A stretch of 64,000 nucleotides of DNA from Oleiharenicola sp. Lineage in GTDB: Bacteria > Verrucomicrobiota > Verrucomicrobiia > Opitutales > Opitutaceae. Shown here piece by piece: positions 34,120 through 42,893 of the stretch. The stretch's first letter is position 1. The number at the start of each line of letters is the position of its first letter. Below the pieces are notes generated by a model. That model searched no databases. It was not told the origin of the DNA and saw only the letters and a list, made by a program, of their open reading frames with translations. The position numbers and the translations under genes are program-made. The DNA is taken from assembly GCA_025363455.1 (NCBI GenBank), contig JANYDW010000050.1:2839-66838 (forward strand). The letters are read 5' to 3'.

Positions 34120-35769
34120 ATGATATCAATTTCCTCGTATCCCATCCTGACGTGCGCAGAGGCGAAAGCCTGGGAGGCACGCTTGGTGCAAGACGAGGCG
34201 GCCGAGTGGACAGCCATGCAGCTGGCCGGGCAGGCAGTGGCGCAGGCCATCCTGGAGGATTTCAAGGAAGTGGGCGGGCTGCCAGTGAAGGCCCGGGTGC
34301 TCGTTCTCGCCGGGAAGGGTCACAATGGCGGCGATGCGTTGCTGGCAGCGAAAACCATCATGGAAAAATTCCCGCAAGCCAGGGCCGATGTAGTACTCTG
34401 CTTCGGTGACGCCACGCTGCGACCACTGGCCCGTCGAGCGCTCAATGAACTGAGGCATATCGTCGGCCAGCGGATTAACGTCGCTGAAACACACCCCGGC
34501 GCTTCGCGCCACCCCTCTCTAGAGGGGATTTTCGACAGACCATCTGCCAGGTCCCCTCTGGAGAGGGGTGCCCGACAGGGCGGGGTGTGTTGGGATCTTT
34601 GTCTGGACGGAATCTTCGGTTTCCAATTTCGGGCGCCGATGGACGCGGACATCGCTGCCTTGATCGACACAGTCAATGCCCATGCCGGCATCAAGTTTCG
34701 CGCCGCAATCGATCTGCCCAGTGGGCTGGGGGAAACGAACGCGTCGACGATCTTCCGGGCGGATTTCACCTATGCGACGGGCATCGTTAAAAAGCCGGTG
34801 CTGTCTCACGGGGCGGCGAACTCGGTCGGTCGCCTGCGCTACCTGGATCTTGGATTTTTCGGGTCTGCTTGTAGGAGCCTGCTTGCAGGCGATGCCACGG
34901 GAGAATCGCCTGCAAGCAGGCTCCTACAACTTCAGAACGACAGTGCGGAGATGATTCTGCTCCCGTCACTCCTGGCTCCGCTGGCTGAGCTGCGCGCCTC
35001 ACAGACGGACAAGCGTACCTTCGGTCATCTATTCGTCGTCGGAGGTTCCCGCAGTTATCCGGGTGCGGTGGTACTGGCGGTGCGCGCGGCGCTCCGCAGT
35101 GGAGCGGGCTTGGTTACGGCCTTCGTGCCGGAGCGGCTGGCTCCGGAGTACGCCGCGCGCCACCCCGAGGGCATGTGGGTGGGTTGCCCGGAATCGGCCG
35201 GTGGCGGACTGAGCTCCGGGACCGTGGATTTGGTTCGGGAGCGAGTGAGCCGGGCCACCGCCATGTTGATCGGGCCGGGAATGGGGGCGGAAAACGAGAC
35301 CCTCGCAATGATGCAAGGGATTGTTCGTGAGACGAACATTCCGCTTGTGCTGGATGCCGATGCCTTGCGGCCGGAATTAATGGCGCGAGTCAAAGGCAGG
35401 CCCTTCATCGGCACGCCGCACGCTGGCGAATTGCAGCGCATCGCCCCGGAGCTTTATACCGCCGATCAGTTCACCGCTCAGCTGGGTGTACTGGTGCTGA
35501 AGGGGCCCATGACGCGGGTAACAGATGGGAAAACAACTTATTACAGCCCGTTTGGCGGGCCCGTGTTGGCGCGAGGCGGGAGCGGCGATATCCTGGCGGG
35601 GTTGATCGGTGGCCTGCTGGCGCAGAAGCCGGACGACTTGGTGCTGGCCGCGTGCCGGGGCGTGGTGTGGCATGGGCGAGCGGCTGATTTACTGGCTCGC
35701 GCTCGAGGTCAGGTTGCCATAGAGATTTCTGAAATCCTCGAGCAGCTTGGGCCGGCGCTCACTCCCTGA
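34120..35769 (+). CDS. nnr: bifunctional NAD(P)H-hydrate epimerase / ADP-dependent dehydratase
   Basis: YjeF_N (AGKGHNGGDAL, DGIFGFQFRAP) and carbohydrate-kinase-like C-domain (VVGGSRSYPGA, GSGDILAGLIGG). 549 aa, including two palindrome-derived in-frame inserts. Confidence 0.9.
   Translation: MISISSYPILTCAEAKAWEARLVQDEAAEWTAMQLAGQAVAQAILEDFKEVGGLPVKARVLVLAGKGHNGGDALLAAKTIMEKFPQARADVVLCFGDATLRPLARRALNELRHIVGQRINVAETHPGASRHPSLEGIFDRPSARSPLERGARQGGVCWDLCLDGIFGFQFRAPMDADIAALIDTVNAHAGIKFRAAIDLPSGLGETNASTIFRADFTYATGIVKKPVLSHGAANSVGRLRYLDLGFFGSACRSLLAGDATGESPASRLLQLQNDSAEMILLPSLLAPLAELRASQTDKRTFGHLFVVGGSRSYPGAVVLAVRAALRSGAGLVTAFVPERLAPEYAARHPEGMWVGCPESAGGGLSSGTVDLVRERVSRATAMLIGPGMGAENETLAMMQGIVRETNIPLVLDADALRPELMARVKGRPFIGTPHAGELQRIAPELYTADQFTAQLGVLVLKGPMTRVTDGKTTYYSPFGGPVLARGGSGDILAGLIGGLLAQKPDDLVLAACRGVVWHGRAADLLARARGQVAIEISEILEQLGPALTP
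34512..34590. repeat. pair of CCCCTCT..AGAGGGG hairpins plus G-rich tail, embedded in nnr
   Basis: CCCCTCTCTAGAGGGG (34512-34527) and CCCCTCTGGAGAGGGG (34553-34568), then TGCCCGACAGGGCGGGGTGTGT. Translated in frame as HPSLEGIF..SPLERGARQGGVC. Confidence 0.8.
34871..34927. repeat. REP doublet (REPIN), family A, inside the nnr coding sequence
   Basis: Perfect 23-bp inverted repeat GTAGGAGCCTGCTTGCAGGCGAT / ATCGCCTGCAAGCAGGCTCCTAC with an 11-nt spacer; same family as the REPs flanking the RAYT. Confidence 0.92.
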
Positions 35770-35770
35770 C

Positions 35771-36901
35771 ATGCCAGACCCACTCACCGAGCGACAGGCG
35801 TTCATGATCCTGAACGACCTGCCCAACATCGGGCCCATCACCCTCAATCGGCTGTTGCAGGAACTTGGCGGCGATCCGCGCGATATTCTCACAGCGGACA
35901 AACGCCGTCTGGAATCCGTGCGCGGGGTCGGTCCGGAGACGAGCACGGCCCTGTTCACCTGGCACACGCACTTCGACCTGGCCCGCGAGGAAGAGCGACT
36001 GATGCAGGCCGGGGCGGCGTTCATCACGACGCGGGACGAGGGATATCCGAAAATGCTGAAGGAAATCCACGACCCACCCATCGGCCTTTACCGGAAAGGG
36101 GGTTATCTCTTCGGCCAACCCTGCATCGCCGTCGTCGGCAGCCGGCGCACCACGCTCTATGGACAGTCCGTGGCGAAGAAACTTGGCGCCGAGCTGGCCC
36201 AGATGGGGTTCTGCGTCGTGAGCGGGCTGGCCCGGGGCATCGACACCGCCGCGCACGAAGGCGCCCTGTCAGTCGGAGGCAAGACCGTCGCCGTGCTCGG
36301 TTGTGGCCTCGATATCGTCTATCCACCGGAAAATCTCGGGCTCTACCGACGCATCGCCGAAACTGGCGCGGTGCTCTCGGAATTCCCCTTCGGCCGGAAG
36401 GCAGATAAGCAAACCTTTCCCATGCGCAACCGCGTGGTCTCCGGCATCAGCGAAGGCGTGGTGGTGGTGGAGAGCGACGTGTCGGGCGGGGCGATGATCA
36501 CGGCTCGGTTTGCCGGGGAGCAGGGCCGGCTGATCTTTGCCGTGCCCGGGCGCATCGACCAAGCGACGAGCGCGGGTTGTCACCAACTCATCCGTGACGG
36601 GGCGACCCTGCTGACGAGCGTAGACGATATTCTGAACGAGCTCAGTTATCTCGACGGGCTGCGGCCCAAGGCGATTACGACGGAGGGCGAGCCCAGCGTG
36701 CTGGAACAATTGCTGCCGCAGCTCGACGAAAAGGAACGCCGGGTGTTCGACTCTTTCAAGGGCGGGGCCATGCTCGGCATCGATGCCCTGACGACGGCCA
36801 CGGCGCTGGCTCCGGCGGAGGTTTCCGCCGCCTTGATGATGCTCGAGTTGAAGAAGCTGGTGACAAAGCGCGTGGACGGAACCTTCGAGGCCCGGAGTTG
36901 A
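35771..36901 (+). CDS. dprA: DNA-processing protein DprA
   Basis: SGLARGIDTAAHEGAL Rossmann-like core and C-terminal winged-helix; the ATG is 1 nt after the nnr stop. Confidence 0.92.
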   Translation: MPDPLTERQAFMILNDLPNIGPITLNRLLQELGGDPRDILTADKRRLESVRGVGPETSTALFTWHTHFDLAREEERLMQAGAAFITTRDEGYPKMLKEIHDPPIGLYRKGGYLFGQPCIAVVGSRRTTLYGQSVAKKLGAELAQMGFCVVSGLARGIDTAAHEGALSVGGKTVAVLGCGLDIVYPPENLGLYRRIAETGAVLSEFPFGRKADKQTFPMRNRVVSGISEGVVVVESDVSGGAMITARFAGEQGRLIFAVPGRIDQATSAGCHQLIRDGATLLTSVDDILNELSYLDGLRPKAITTEGEPSVLEQLLPQLDEKERRVFDSFKGGAMLGIDALTTATALAPAEVSAALMMLELKKLVTKRVDGTFEARS

Positions 36902-36918
36902 GTCCAAGTACCTTTCAA

Positions 36919-36984
36919 GGTAGGGCGCGACCTCCGGGCGCGCCACAGGGATTTTCGCGGACGGCCCGGCGGTCCGTCCCTACC
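36919..36984. repeat. GTAGGG-headed REP-like doublet
   Basis: GTAG-GGCGCG-ACCTCCGGG-CGCGCC facing (reverse-complemented) GTAG-GGACGG-ACCGCCGGG-CCGTCC. The loop is conserved and three stem base pairs are fully compensated. Confidence 0.85.
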
Positions 36985-37052
36985 GGCGCTATTGCGCCAA
37001 AACAAAAAAGCTCCAGCTTTCGGCTGGAGCTAGGTGAGAGAGCGAAGGTCGC

Positions 37053-37586
37053 TTAGTTGCCGTTGCGGATGCGATCGGCTTCGGCCTTGGCGGCTGCTTC
37101 GCGGGCTTTGTATTCATCGAGCTGCTTGGCCTTCTTGATTGCCAGGGCTTCTTCGGCCCGCAGCCGGGCGACCTCGGCCTCGGCGGCCTCGGCCTTCTGG
37201 CGCGCGGCGAGGATTTCCTGGTCCTCGACGCTCTTGCCCACCGCAATGTTGTGCTGGCGCCGGGCATTTTCCTCCGCGTGTTCGCGGGCGGAAGTTTCCT
37301 CGGCGATGCGTCGCTCATATTGAATCTCGGACAAACGCCGGTCCTGTTCATTGCCAGCCATGGCGCCGAAGATGGCGCCAGTAGCGGCGCCCGCGGCCAT
37401 ACCCTTGTCCGTCTCACCTGACTGGTGGCCGATAATGCCGCCGATGACGGCCCCGGCTATGGCACCAGCCACGGCACCTTGCTGCGTGTTGGGACTGGTG
37501 TCGGAGGCACAGCCAGAGTTGAGTAAGGTGCTGATGAGCAATACGGAGCCCGCGCACAGTGAAAAAAGCTGACGATTTTTATTCAT
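37053..37586 (-). CDS. lipoprotein with glycine-zipper and coiled-coil tail
   Basis: Lipobox LLNSG-C after MNKNRQLFSLCAGSVLLIS; GAVAGAIAGAVIGGIIG glycine zipper; A/E/R-rich helical C-terminus. Confidence 0.8.
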   Translation of the reverse strand: MNKNRQLFSLCAGSVLLISTLLNSGCASDTSPNTQQGAVAGAIAGAVIGGIIGHQSGETDKGMAAGAATGAIFGAMAGNEQDRRLSEIQYERRIAEETSAREHAEENARRQHNIAVGKSVEDQEILAARQKAEAAEAEVARLRAEEALAIKKAKQLDEYKAREAAAKAEADRIRNGN

Positions 37587-37641
37587 GATTGGTAGGTCTG
37601 TTTCGTAGACTTGACCGAACCGGCTTTGTTCCGGTCCCCTC

Positions 37642-37983
37642 TCAGCCCGGGGGCCATCCCAAGGGGCGCTGACCCAGCAGGTGGACATGTAGATGAGGCA
37701 CGGTCTCTCCGCCGTCCTGGCCGTTGTTGATGACGATCCGGAACCCTGACTCGGCGACGCCAAGTTTTTTGGCGAGAGCGGCAGCCGTGAGCAACAAATG
37801 TCCCAAGGTGGCTCGGTCGGCGATGGTGGCTTCGGCGACCCGTGCAATGAGCTTTTTCGGAATCACCAGCACGTGCATCGGCGCCTGTGGGTTGATGTCG
37901 TGGATCGCGATGCAAAGATCGTCCTCGTGGACGAGCTTGGCGGGGATCTCACGGTCGATGATCTTTTGAAAGAGGGTTTTCAT
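37642..37983 (-). CDS. HIT-family nucleotide hydrolase (HinT-like)
   Basis: 113 aa, histidine triad HLHVHLL. Confidence 0.93.
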   Translation of the reverse strand: MKTLFQKIIDREIPAKLVHEDDLCIAIHDINPQAPMHVLVIPKKLIARVAEATIADRATLGHLLLTAAALAKKLGVAESGFRIVINNGQDGGETVPHLHVHLLGQRPLGWPPG

Positions 37984-38045
37984 GGGGTTGGGCTGGAGGG
38001 CCCGCGTCCCCGTGGGCTGCGGCCCGGCGGGAGCCGGGCCTTCCC

Positions 38046-38522
38046 TCAGAGAAACAGCAGATTCAAGTTGGCGCTGCGGCGCGAACGGGCGGCGGCGAGA
38101 TTGCGGATGAGCGAGAGGGAATCGACGTAGTCACGCTGGCGCCGCTCCGTCCAGCGCTTGTCCGGTGGGCAGTGCGCGTTGCGCAGGTTGGTGACGAGGA
38201 GCGTGGACTCGGGATAGGTGGCGAGGCTTTTGAGTCCCGCCATGACCCCCGCCCGCGTGAAAAGCGGCGAAGCGGCGTGATCATCGGCTCTGGCGTCCCA
38301 ATGAAAGAAGCCGTGGCTCGGTTGGCGGGAGCAGAGACGCTCGAAGAGGCGGGCGGCGGCGGCGACAAAGGCCGGGTCCCCTGGTTGGCGTTCCTCGGCC
38401 TCGCCAATGCTGGTGGCGATGGCATCGTCGATCTGTTGCGCCAGATAAAGGTCGTGCCCGGTGAGCGGGGCCAAGAGCGCGTTGAGAAAGTGCAGCCGGC
38501 GTAGTTTTGAGGAACGCGTCAT
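38046..38522 (-). CDS. hypothetical protein, translationally coupled to nrdR
   Basis: 158 aa, ATGA overlap with the nrdR stop (38519-38522); no family recognised. Confidence 0.7.
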   Translation of the reverse strand: MTRSSKLRRLHFLNALLAPLTGHDLYLAQQIDDAIATSIGEAEERQPGDPAFVAAAARLFERLCSRQPSHGFFHWDARADDHAASPLFTRAGVMAGLKSLATYPESTLLVTNLRNAHCPPDKRWTERRQRDYVDSLSLIRNLAAARSRRSANLNLLFL

Positions 38523-39001
38523 TTCTTATGCTTCGGTGTAGCACCGGGCGCGCCGGGGGCAAGACTGCTGATTTCGTGGACGAACTCGGAGACGTCGCGG
38601 AATTCCTTATAAACGGAGGCGAAACGGACGTAGGCGACCTGGTCCATCTTGCGGAGGCGCTGCATGACGTGCTCGCCGATGGCCTGGGTGGGAACCTGGC
38701 TGTCGTAGCGGGCCTCGACGGCATCGATGACATCTTCGACCAGCATGGAGATCTGCTCGGTGTCGATCGGGCGCTTGTGGCAAGCGGCGCGGACGGCGCC
38801 GATGAGTTTCTCGCGCAGGAAGGGTTCCTGGCGGCCATCGCGCTTGACCACGACGAGGGTATCGCGGACGAACTCCTCGTTGGTGGTGTAGCGGTGGCCG
38901 CACTCGAGACACTCGCGGCGGCGGCGGATGGAATTGCCGTCCCGGGCGATGCGGGAGTCGATCACCTTATCTTCAATGGAGGTGCACTTGGGGCAGCGCA
39001 T
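38519..39001 (-). CDS. nrdR: transcriptional repressor NrdR
   Basis: MRCPKCTS..CLECGHRYTTNE zinc ribbon + ATP-cone. Confidence 0.95.
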   Translation of the reverse strand: MRCPKCTSIEDKVIDSRIARDGNSIRRRRECLECGHRYTTNEEFVRDTLVVVKRDGRQEPFLREKLIGAVRAACHKRPIDTEQISMLVEDVIDAVEARYDSQVPTQAIGEHVMQRLRKMDQVAYVRFASVYKEFRDVSEFVHEISSLAPGAPGATPKHKK

Positions 39002-39009
39002 GGGGTCGA

Positions 39010-39585
39010 TCAGTTAAGGGTGAGGAAATTTTGGAGAATCCGCATGCCGCCTTCGGTGGCGATGGATTCCGGGTGAAATTGGACTCCGTGGACGGAAAAT
39101 TGTTTGTGTTGGAGCCCCATAATTTCGCCCTCGGGTGACTCGGCGGTAATCTCAAGGCAGTCAGGCAGGCTGGAGCGTTCGACCAGCAGGGAGTGATAGC
39201 GGGTGGCGATAAAGGGTGAGGGCAGGTCGCGGAACAAGCCCTTGCCGTTGTGCGTGATGGGCGAGAGTTTGCCGTGCATCTGGCGAGGGGCGCGGATGAC
39301 CTTGCCGCCGAAGAGCTGGCCGATGGACTGGTGGCCGAGGCAGACGCCCAGCACGGGTTTCTTGCCGGCGAACGTCCTTATGATGTCGAGGCTCACACCG
39401 GCATCGGAGGGGGTGCATGGCCCGGGGGAGATCAAAATGCGGGAGGGATTGAGGCGCTCAGCCTCGGCCGGCGTCAGCTCGTCATTGCGAAAAACCCGCA
39501 TGCTGACGCCCAACTGGCCAAAATACTGGACCAGGTTGAAGGTGAACGAATCGTAGTTGTCGATGACGAGCAGCACTTTTGACAA
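39010..39585 (-). CDS. glutamine amidotransferase component II of anthranilate / aminodeoxychorismate synthase (TrpG/PabA)
   Basis: 191 aa, [24 protein letters not shown] motifs. Confidence 0.93.
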   Translation of the reverse strand: MSKVLLVIDNYDSFTFNLVQYFGQLGVSMRVFRNDELTPAEAERLNPSRILISPGPCTPSDAGVSLDIIRTFAGKKPVLGVCLGHQSIGQLFGGKVIRAPRQMHGKLSPITHNGKGLFRDLPSPFIATRYHSLLVERSSLPDCLEITAESPEGEIMGLQHKQFSVHGVQFHPESIATEGGMRILQNFLTLN

Positions 39586-39639
39586 ACTTACCGGGTAATT
39601 GACAGGGGGTCAAGACTGCGGGCAGCTTGGAAACAGTGA

Positions 39640-40779
39640 ATGAGTGACACTTTCCACCTGATAAAGACAGACACTGCCACGGCCGCACGGCGCGGGCGGC
39701 TGCGGACGCTCCATGGTATCATTGAGACGCCCATTTTCATGCCGGTCGGCACCCAGGGGACGGTGAAATCACTGACTCCTGCCCAAATCAAGGAAACGGG
39801 CGCGCAGATCATCCTTGGTAACACCTACCACCTCAACCTCCGACCCGGGTCGGAACTCGTGCGCGACCTGGGCGGCTTGCACAAGTTTATGGGCTGGGAT
39901 GGACCGATCCTGACTGACAGCGGTGGTTTTCAGGTTTTCAGCCTGGCGAAGCTGCGCGACATTAGGGACGACGGCATTGCATTCTCGTCACACCTCGACG
40001 GGGCAAAACTTTTCCTCGGTCCGCGTGAGGTGATGGCCATCCAAGCCAATCTCGGTTCCGACATCGCGATGGTGATCGATGAATGCCCGCCGTGGCCTTG
40101 CACGCGGGAGGAATGTCGCCAAGCCGTGGACCGCAGCCAACGCTGGGCGGGGCAGTGCAAGCAGATCGCCACGGACAACGGCTTCCTTGCCGGGGGGCAC
40201 CATGTCTTTGCCATCGTGCAGGGCTCAACCTTCGACGACCTGCGGCGCGAGGCGGCCGAGTCTCTGGCGGCGCTGGATTTCCCGGGCTATGCCGTCGGCG
40301 GCGTAAGTGTGGGCGAACCCGAGCCCGAGATGCTCAAGCAGGTGGGAGCCACGACGCCATACCTGCCGGCGGGCAAACCGCGCTACACGATGGGCCTCGG
40401 TACACCACCGCAGATCCTGAAGATGATCGCGCTGGGCGTGGATATGTTCGACTGCGTGCATCCGACGCGGGTGGCGCGAAATGGTGCAGCCTTCACCCCT
40501 GATGGGTTGATCAACCTGCGCAACGAGCGCTACCGGGCCGACCCGCAGCCGTTGGTCGAAGGCTTGGACAACTACACGTGCAGGAATTTCTCCCGGGCCT
40601 ACCTGAGGCATCTAGTCATGGCGAACGAGATCCTCGCCTGCACGCTGCTGACGCTGCACAATCTCCATTTCTATCTCGATCTCGTTGCGCAGGCTCGGAC
40701 GCACATCGAGGCCGGCGACTACGCCGCTTGGCATCGCGCGTGGATCGAACGCTACGAGGCGGGGGAGCGGTCGGGTTGA
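39640..40779 (+). CDS. tgt: queuine tRNA-ribosyltransferase
   Basis: 379 aa, TPIFMPVGTQGTVK, LTDSGGFQVFS, Zn site CxCxxC..H region. Confidence 0.96.
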   Translation: MSDTFHLIKTDTATAARRGRLRTLHGIIETPIFMPVGTQGTVKSLTPAQIKETGAQIILGNTYHLNLRPGSELVRDLGGLHKFMGWDGPILTDSGGFQVFSLAKLRDIRDDGIAFSSHLDGAKLFLGPREVMAIQANLGSDIAMVIDECPPWPCTREECRQAVDRSQRWAGQCKQIATDNGFLAGGHHVFAIVQGSTFDDLRREAAESLAALDFPGYAVGGVSVGEPEPEMLKQVGATTPYLPAGKPRYTMGLGTPPQILKMIALGVDMFDCVHPTRVARNGAAFTPDGLINLRNERYRADPQPLVEGLDNYTCRNFSRAYLRHLVMANEILACTLLTLHNLHFYLDLVAQARTHIEAGDYAAWHRAWIERYEAGERSG

Positions 40780-40825
40780 ACGAGCCATCGGAGCCGATGG
40801 CCCCAGCGGATCGCTGCGGAAGTGA

Positions 40826-41686
40826 TTATGGTCGTGGCCCGGGCCGCATGGCGTCGTAGAGCTTGCGCTGCTCGGGAGTGAGTGAGGCGAGCAATTGTTC
40901 CAATTTTGAACCGGCTTGGCTGTTTTTGGCCGCGAGGGCCTCCTGCCCGGCCGGCGGGGCCCCCATCCGGACAAGTCCTTGCGCACTTCCTTTGAAAAGC
41001 TCCCACTGTTCCGGGGTCAAACTGGCGCGAAACGCCTTCATGCGTTCTTGGCTTCGTTGCGTCATCTGCCTTTCGAAGAGTTGGGCAATTGACGTTTCGC
41101 CGGGAGGATTCGAGAGGCTGACGACCAGTCCCCGTTGCAGGTAGAAAAGCAGAATGGCCTCCTTGGCTTCGCGGTTGAGTTCACCCCAGGTAAACACCAA
41201 TTCGGAAGGCACACCTTCCCGGCGGAGGCGAACATAGTCCGGCATCCTCATCATTCTCTCCTGGAGTTCAGGTTGATCGGTGACACTGGGGAATTTCACC
41301 GGTCGCGGCTCCGTGAGCGTGAAGACCCGCAGCGAGCCATCCCGAGCACTCACGGTCACCTGTGCTTTTGCCACGTCGATCTCGGCCACCTGGCCGACAA
41401 GTCCGCTGTACAGCGTCACGAGTTTCGGCTCGTCGTTGACGTCAAACATCGCCACGGGCGCCCCGCCAACGGTGCCAACGGCGCGGAGCACTACCTTGGC
41501 GTTGTCGTCCCTTTCCAACAGTTCCGCCATGTACGCTTCGCGGGCCGCCTTGCGGTCGGCGGGTAACCTCACCGGCTGGGCCGCTGGCGGCGGTTCAGCA
41601 GAAGAGCACAGGAGGGCAGAGGCAAAAAGCAGGGCAATCCCGTCGAGGGTGTGCCGCCGCGCCGGGGAACGAAATTTCGTCTTCAT
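40826..41686 (-). CDS. secreted hypothetical protein
   Basis: 286 aa with a signal-peptide-like N-terminus; no family recognised. Confidence 0.7.
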   Translation of the reverse strand: MKTKFRSPARRHTLDGIALLFASALLCSSAEPPPAAQPVRLPADRKAAREAYMAELLERDDNAKVVLRAVGTVGGAPVAMFDVNDEPKLVTLYSGLVGQVAEIDVAKAQVTVSARDGSLRVFTLTEPRPVKFPSVTDQPELQERMMRMPDYVRLRREGVPSELVFTWGELNREAKEAILLFYLQRGLVVSLSNPPGETSIAQLFERQMTQRSQERMKAFRASLTPEQWELFKGSAQGLVRMGAPPAGQEALAAKNSQAGSKLEQLLASLTPEQRKLYDAMRPGPRP

Positions 41687-41843
41687 GCGGATGGTAATGA
41701 AAAACCAACGTTCGGCCCTGAAGGACAGGTTGCGGGTCCCGCGATTTTGGGCAAGTGATTATCTCGAGGGGAGGCGCCGAGGGAAATTACTGGAGGCTCG
41801 CCAAAACGGCTCGCCTCACTATCACTTTCCCACCCATTCCAAT

Positions 41844-42770
41844 ATGCGTATTCTTGTTACTGGCGGTGCCGGTTTCCTCGGTTCTCATCTTTGCGACCGG
41901 CTACTCGCCGACGGCAACGAGGTTGTGTGCCTCGACAACCTGTTCACTGGCTCCAAGGCCAATATCGCTCATCTGGCCACCAACACCAATTTCGAATTTG
42001 TCCGTCATGACATCATCGATCCGTTCAAGTATGAAGTAGATCAGATCTACAACCTCGCCTGTCCGGCCTCGCCGCCCCATTACCAGTACAATCCCATCAA
42101 GACCACGAAGACGTCGGTCATGGGTGCGATCAATTGCCTGGGCTTGGCGAAACGCGTCCGGGCCCGGGTGTTCCAAGCCAGCACCTCCGAGGTCTACGGT
42201 GATCCGGCCGTCCATCCGCAGCCCGAAAGCTATTGGGGCAACGTCAATCCCATCGGGAAGCGTTCGTGTTACGACGAAGGCAAGCGCTGCGCCGAGACGC
42301 TCTTCTTCGACTACCATCGCGAGAACAAGGTCGATATCCGCGTGGTTCGCATTTTCAACACCTATGGTCCGCGCATGCATCCCAACGACGGCCGTGTCGT
42401 CTCCAACTTTATCGTGCAGGCCCTGAAGGGGGAAAACATCACGATTTATGGCGATGGGCAACAGACCCGCTCCTTTTGTTACGTGGACGACCTGATCGAG
42501 GGCTTCATCCGTCTGATGGACCAGACCGAGACGGTCGGTCCCATCAACATCGGCAACCCGGGCGAATTCACGATGCTCGAGCTGGCCGAAAACGTACTAA
42601 AAATCACCAAGAGCAAGTCGAAGATCGTGCACAAGCCGCTCCCCTCCGATGACCCGCGGCAGCGCAAACCCGACATCACGCTCGCCAAGAAATACCTGAA
42701 GTGGGAGCCGAAGGTGCCGCTCGCCGAGGGGCTCAAGCGAACCATCACCTACTTCAAGACGAAGGTGTGA
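41844..42770 (+). CDS. UDP-glucuronate decarboxylase (UDP-xylose synthase)
   Basis: [16 protein letters not shown].. , YDEGKR catalytic motif. The ORF track's upstream 41280-41843 portion is antisense to the neighbouring gene. Confidence 0.93.
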   Translation: MRILVTGGAGFLGSHLCDRLLADGNEVVCLDNLFTGSKANIAHLATNTNFEFVRHDIIDPFKYEVDQIYNLACPASPPHYQYNPIKTTKTSVMGAINCLGLAKRVRARVFQASTSEVYGDPAVHPQPESYWGNVNPIGKRSCYDEGKRCAETLFFDYHRENKVDIRVVRIFNTYGPRMHPNDGRVVSNFIVQALKGENITIYGDGQQTRSFCYVDDLIEGFIRLMDQTETVGPINIGNPGEFTMLELAENVLKITKSKSKIVHKPLPSDDPRQRKPDITLAKKYLKWEPKVPLAEGLKRTITYFKTKV

Positions 42771-42776
42771 GGTGGT

Positions 42777-42853
42777 GTAGGGCGGGATCGCTGATCCCGC
42801 CACGAGAATGAATGCACATTCGCAGCAAGGCGGGATCAGCGATCCCGCCCTAC
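42777..42853. repeat. GTAGGG-headed REP doublet, perfect 25-bp arms
   Basis: GTAGGGCGGGATCGCTGATCCCGCC ...27 nt... GGCGGGATCAGCGATCCCGCCCTAC. Each arm is itself a 9-bp-stem hairpin. Confidence 0.92.
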
Positions 42854-42893
42854 AGTTTCCACCCGCTGGCACATCGGCTGCTGACAGCTTGCC

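Noticed and set aside
34120-35769. nnr considered as two separate genes (epimerase and dehydratase) split by repeat insertions, or as a frameshifted pseudogene.
   Set aside because: A single frame runs through both palindromic inserts with no stop, and both domains keep their signature motifs. There is no plausible internal start or RBS after the REPIN.
41280-41843. N-terminal 188 codons of track ORF 41280-42770, which would make a 496-aa UXS fusion.
   Set aside because: The homology to UDP-glucuronate decarboxylase starts at [13 protein letters not shown] (41844). The upstream part is antisense to the 40826-41686 gene and its promoter region. Similar trimming was applied to 10544-11506, 13497-13892, 14252-14857, 20444-21220, 24702-25559, 29178-30104, 32226-33161, 33205-33657, 54090-54650 and 54619-56364.
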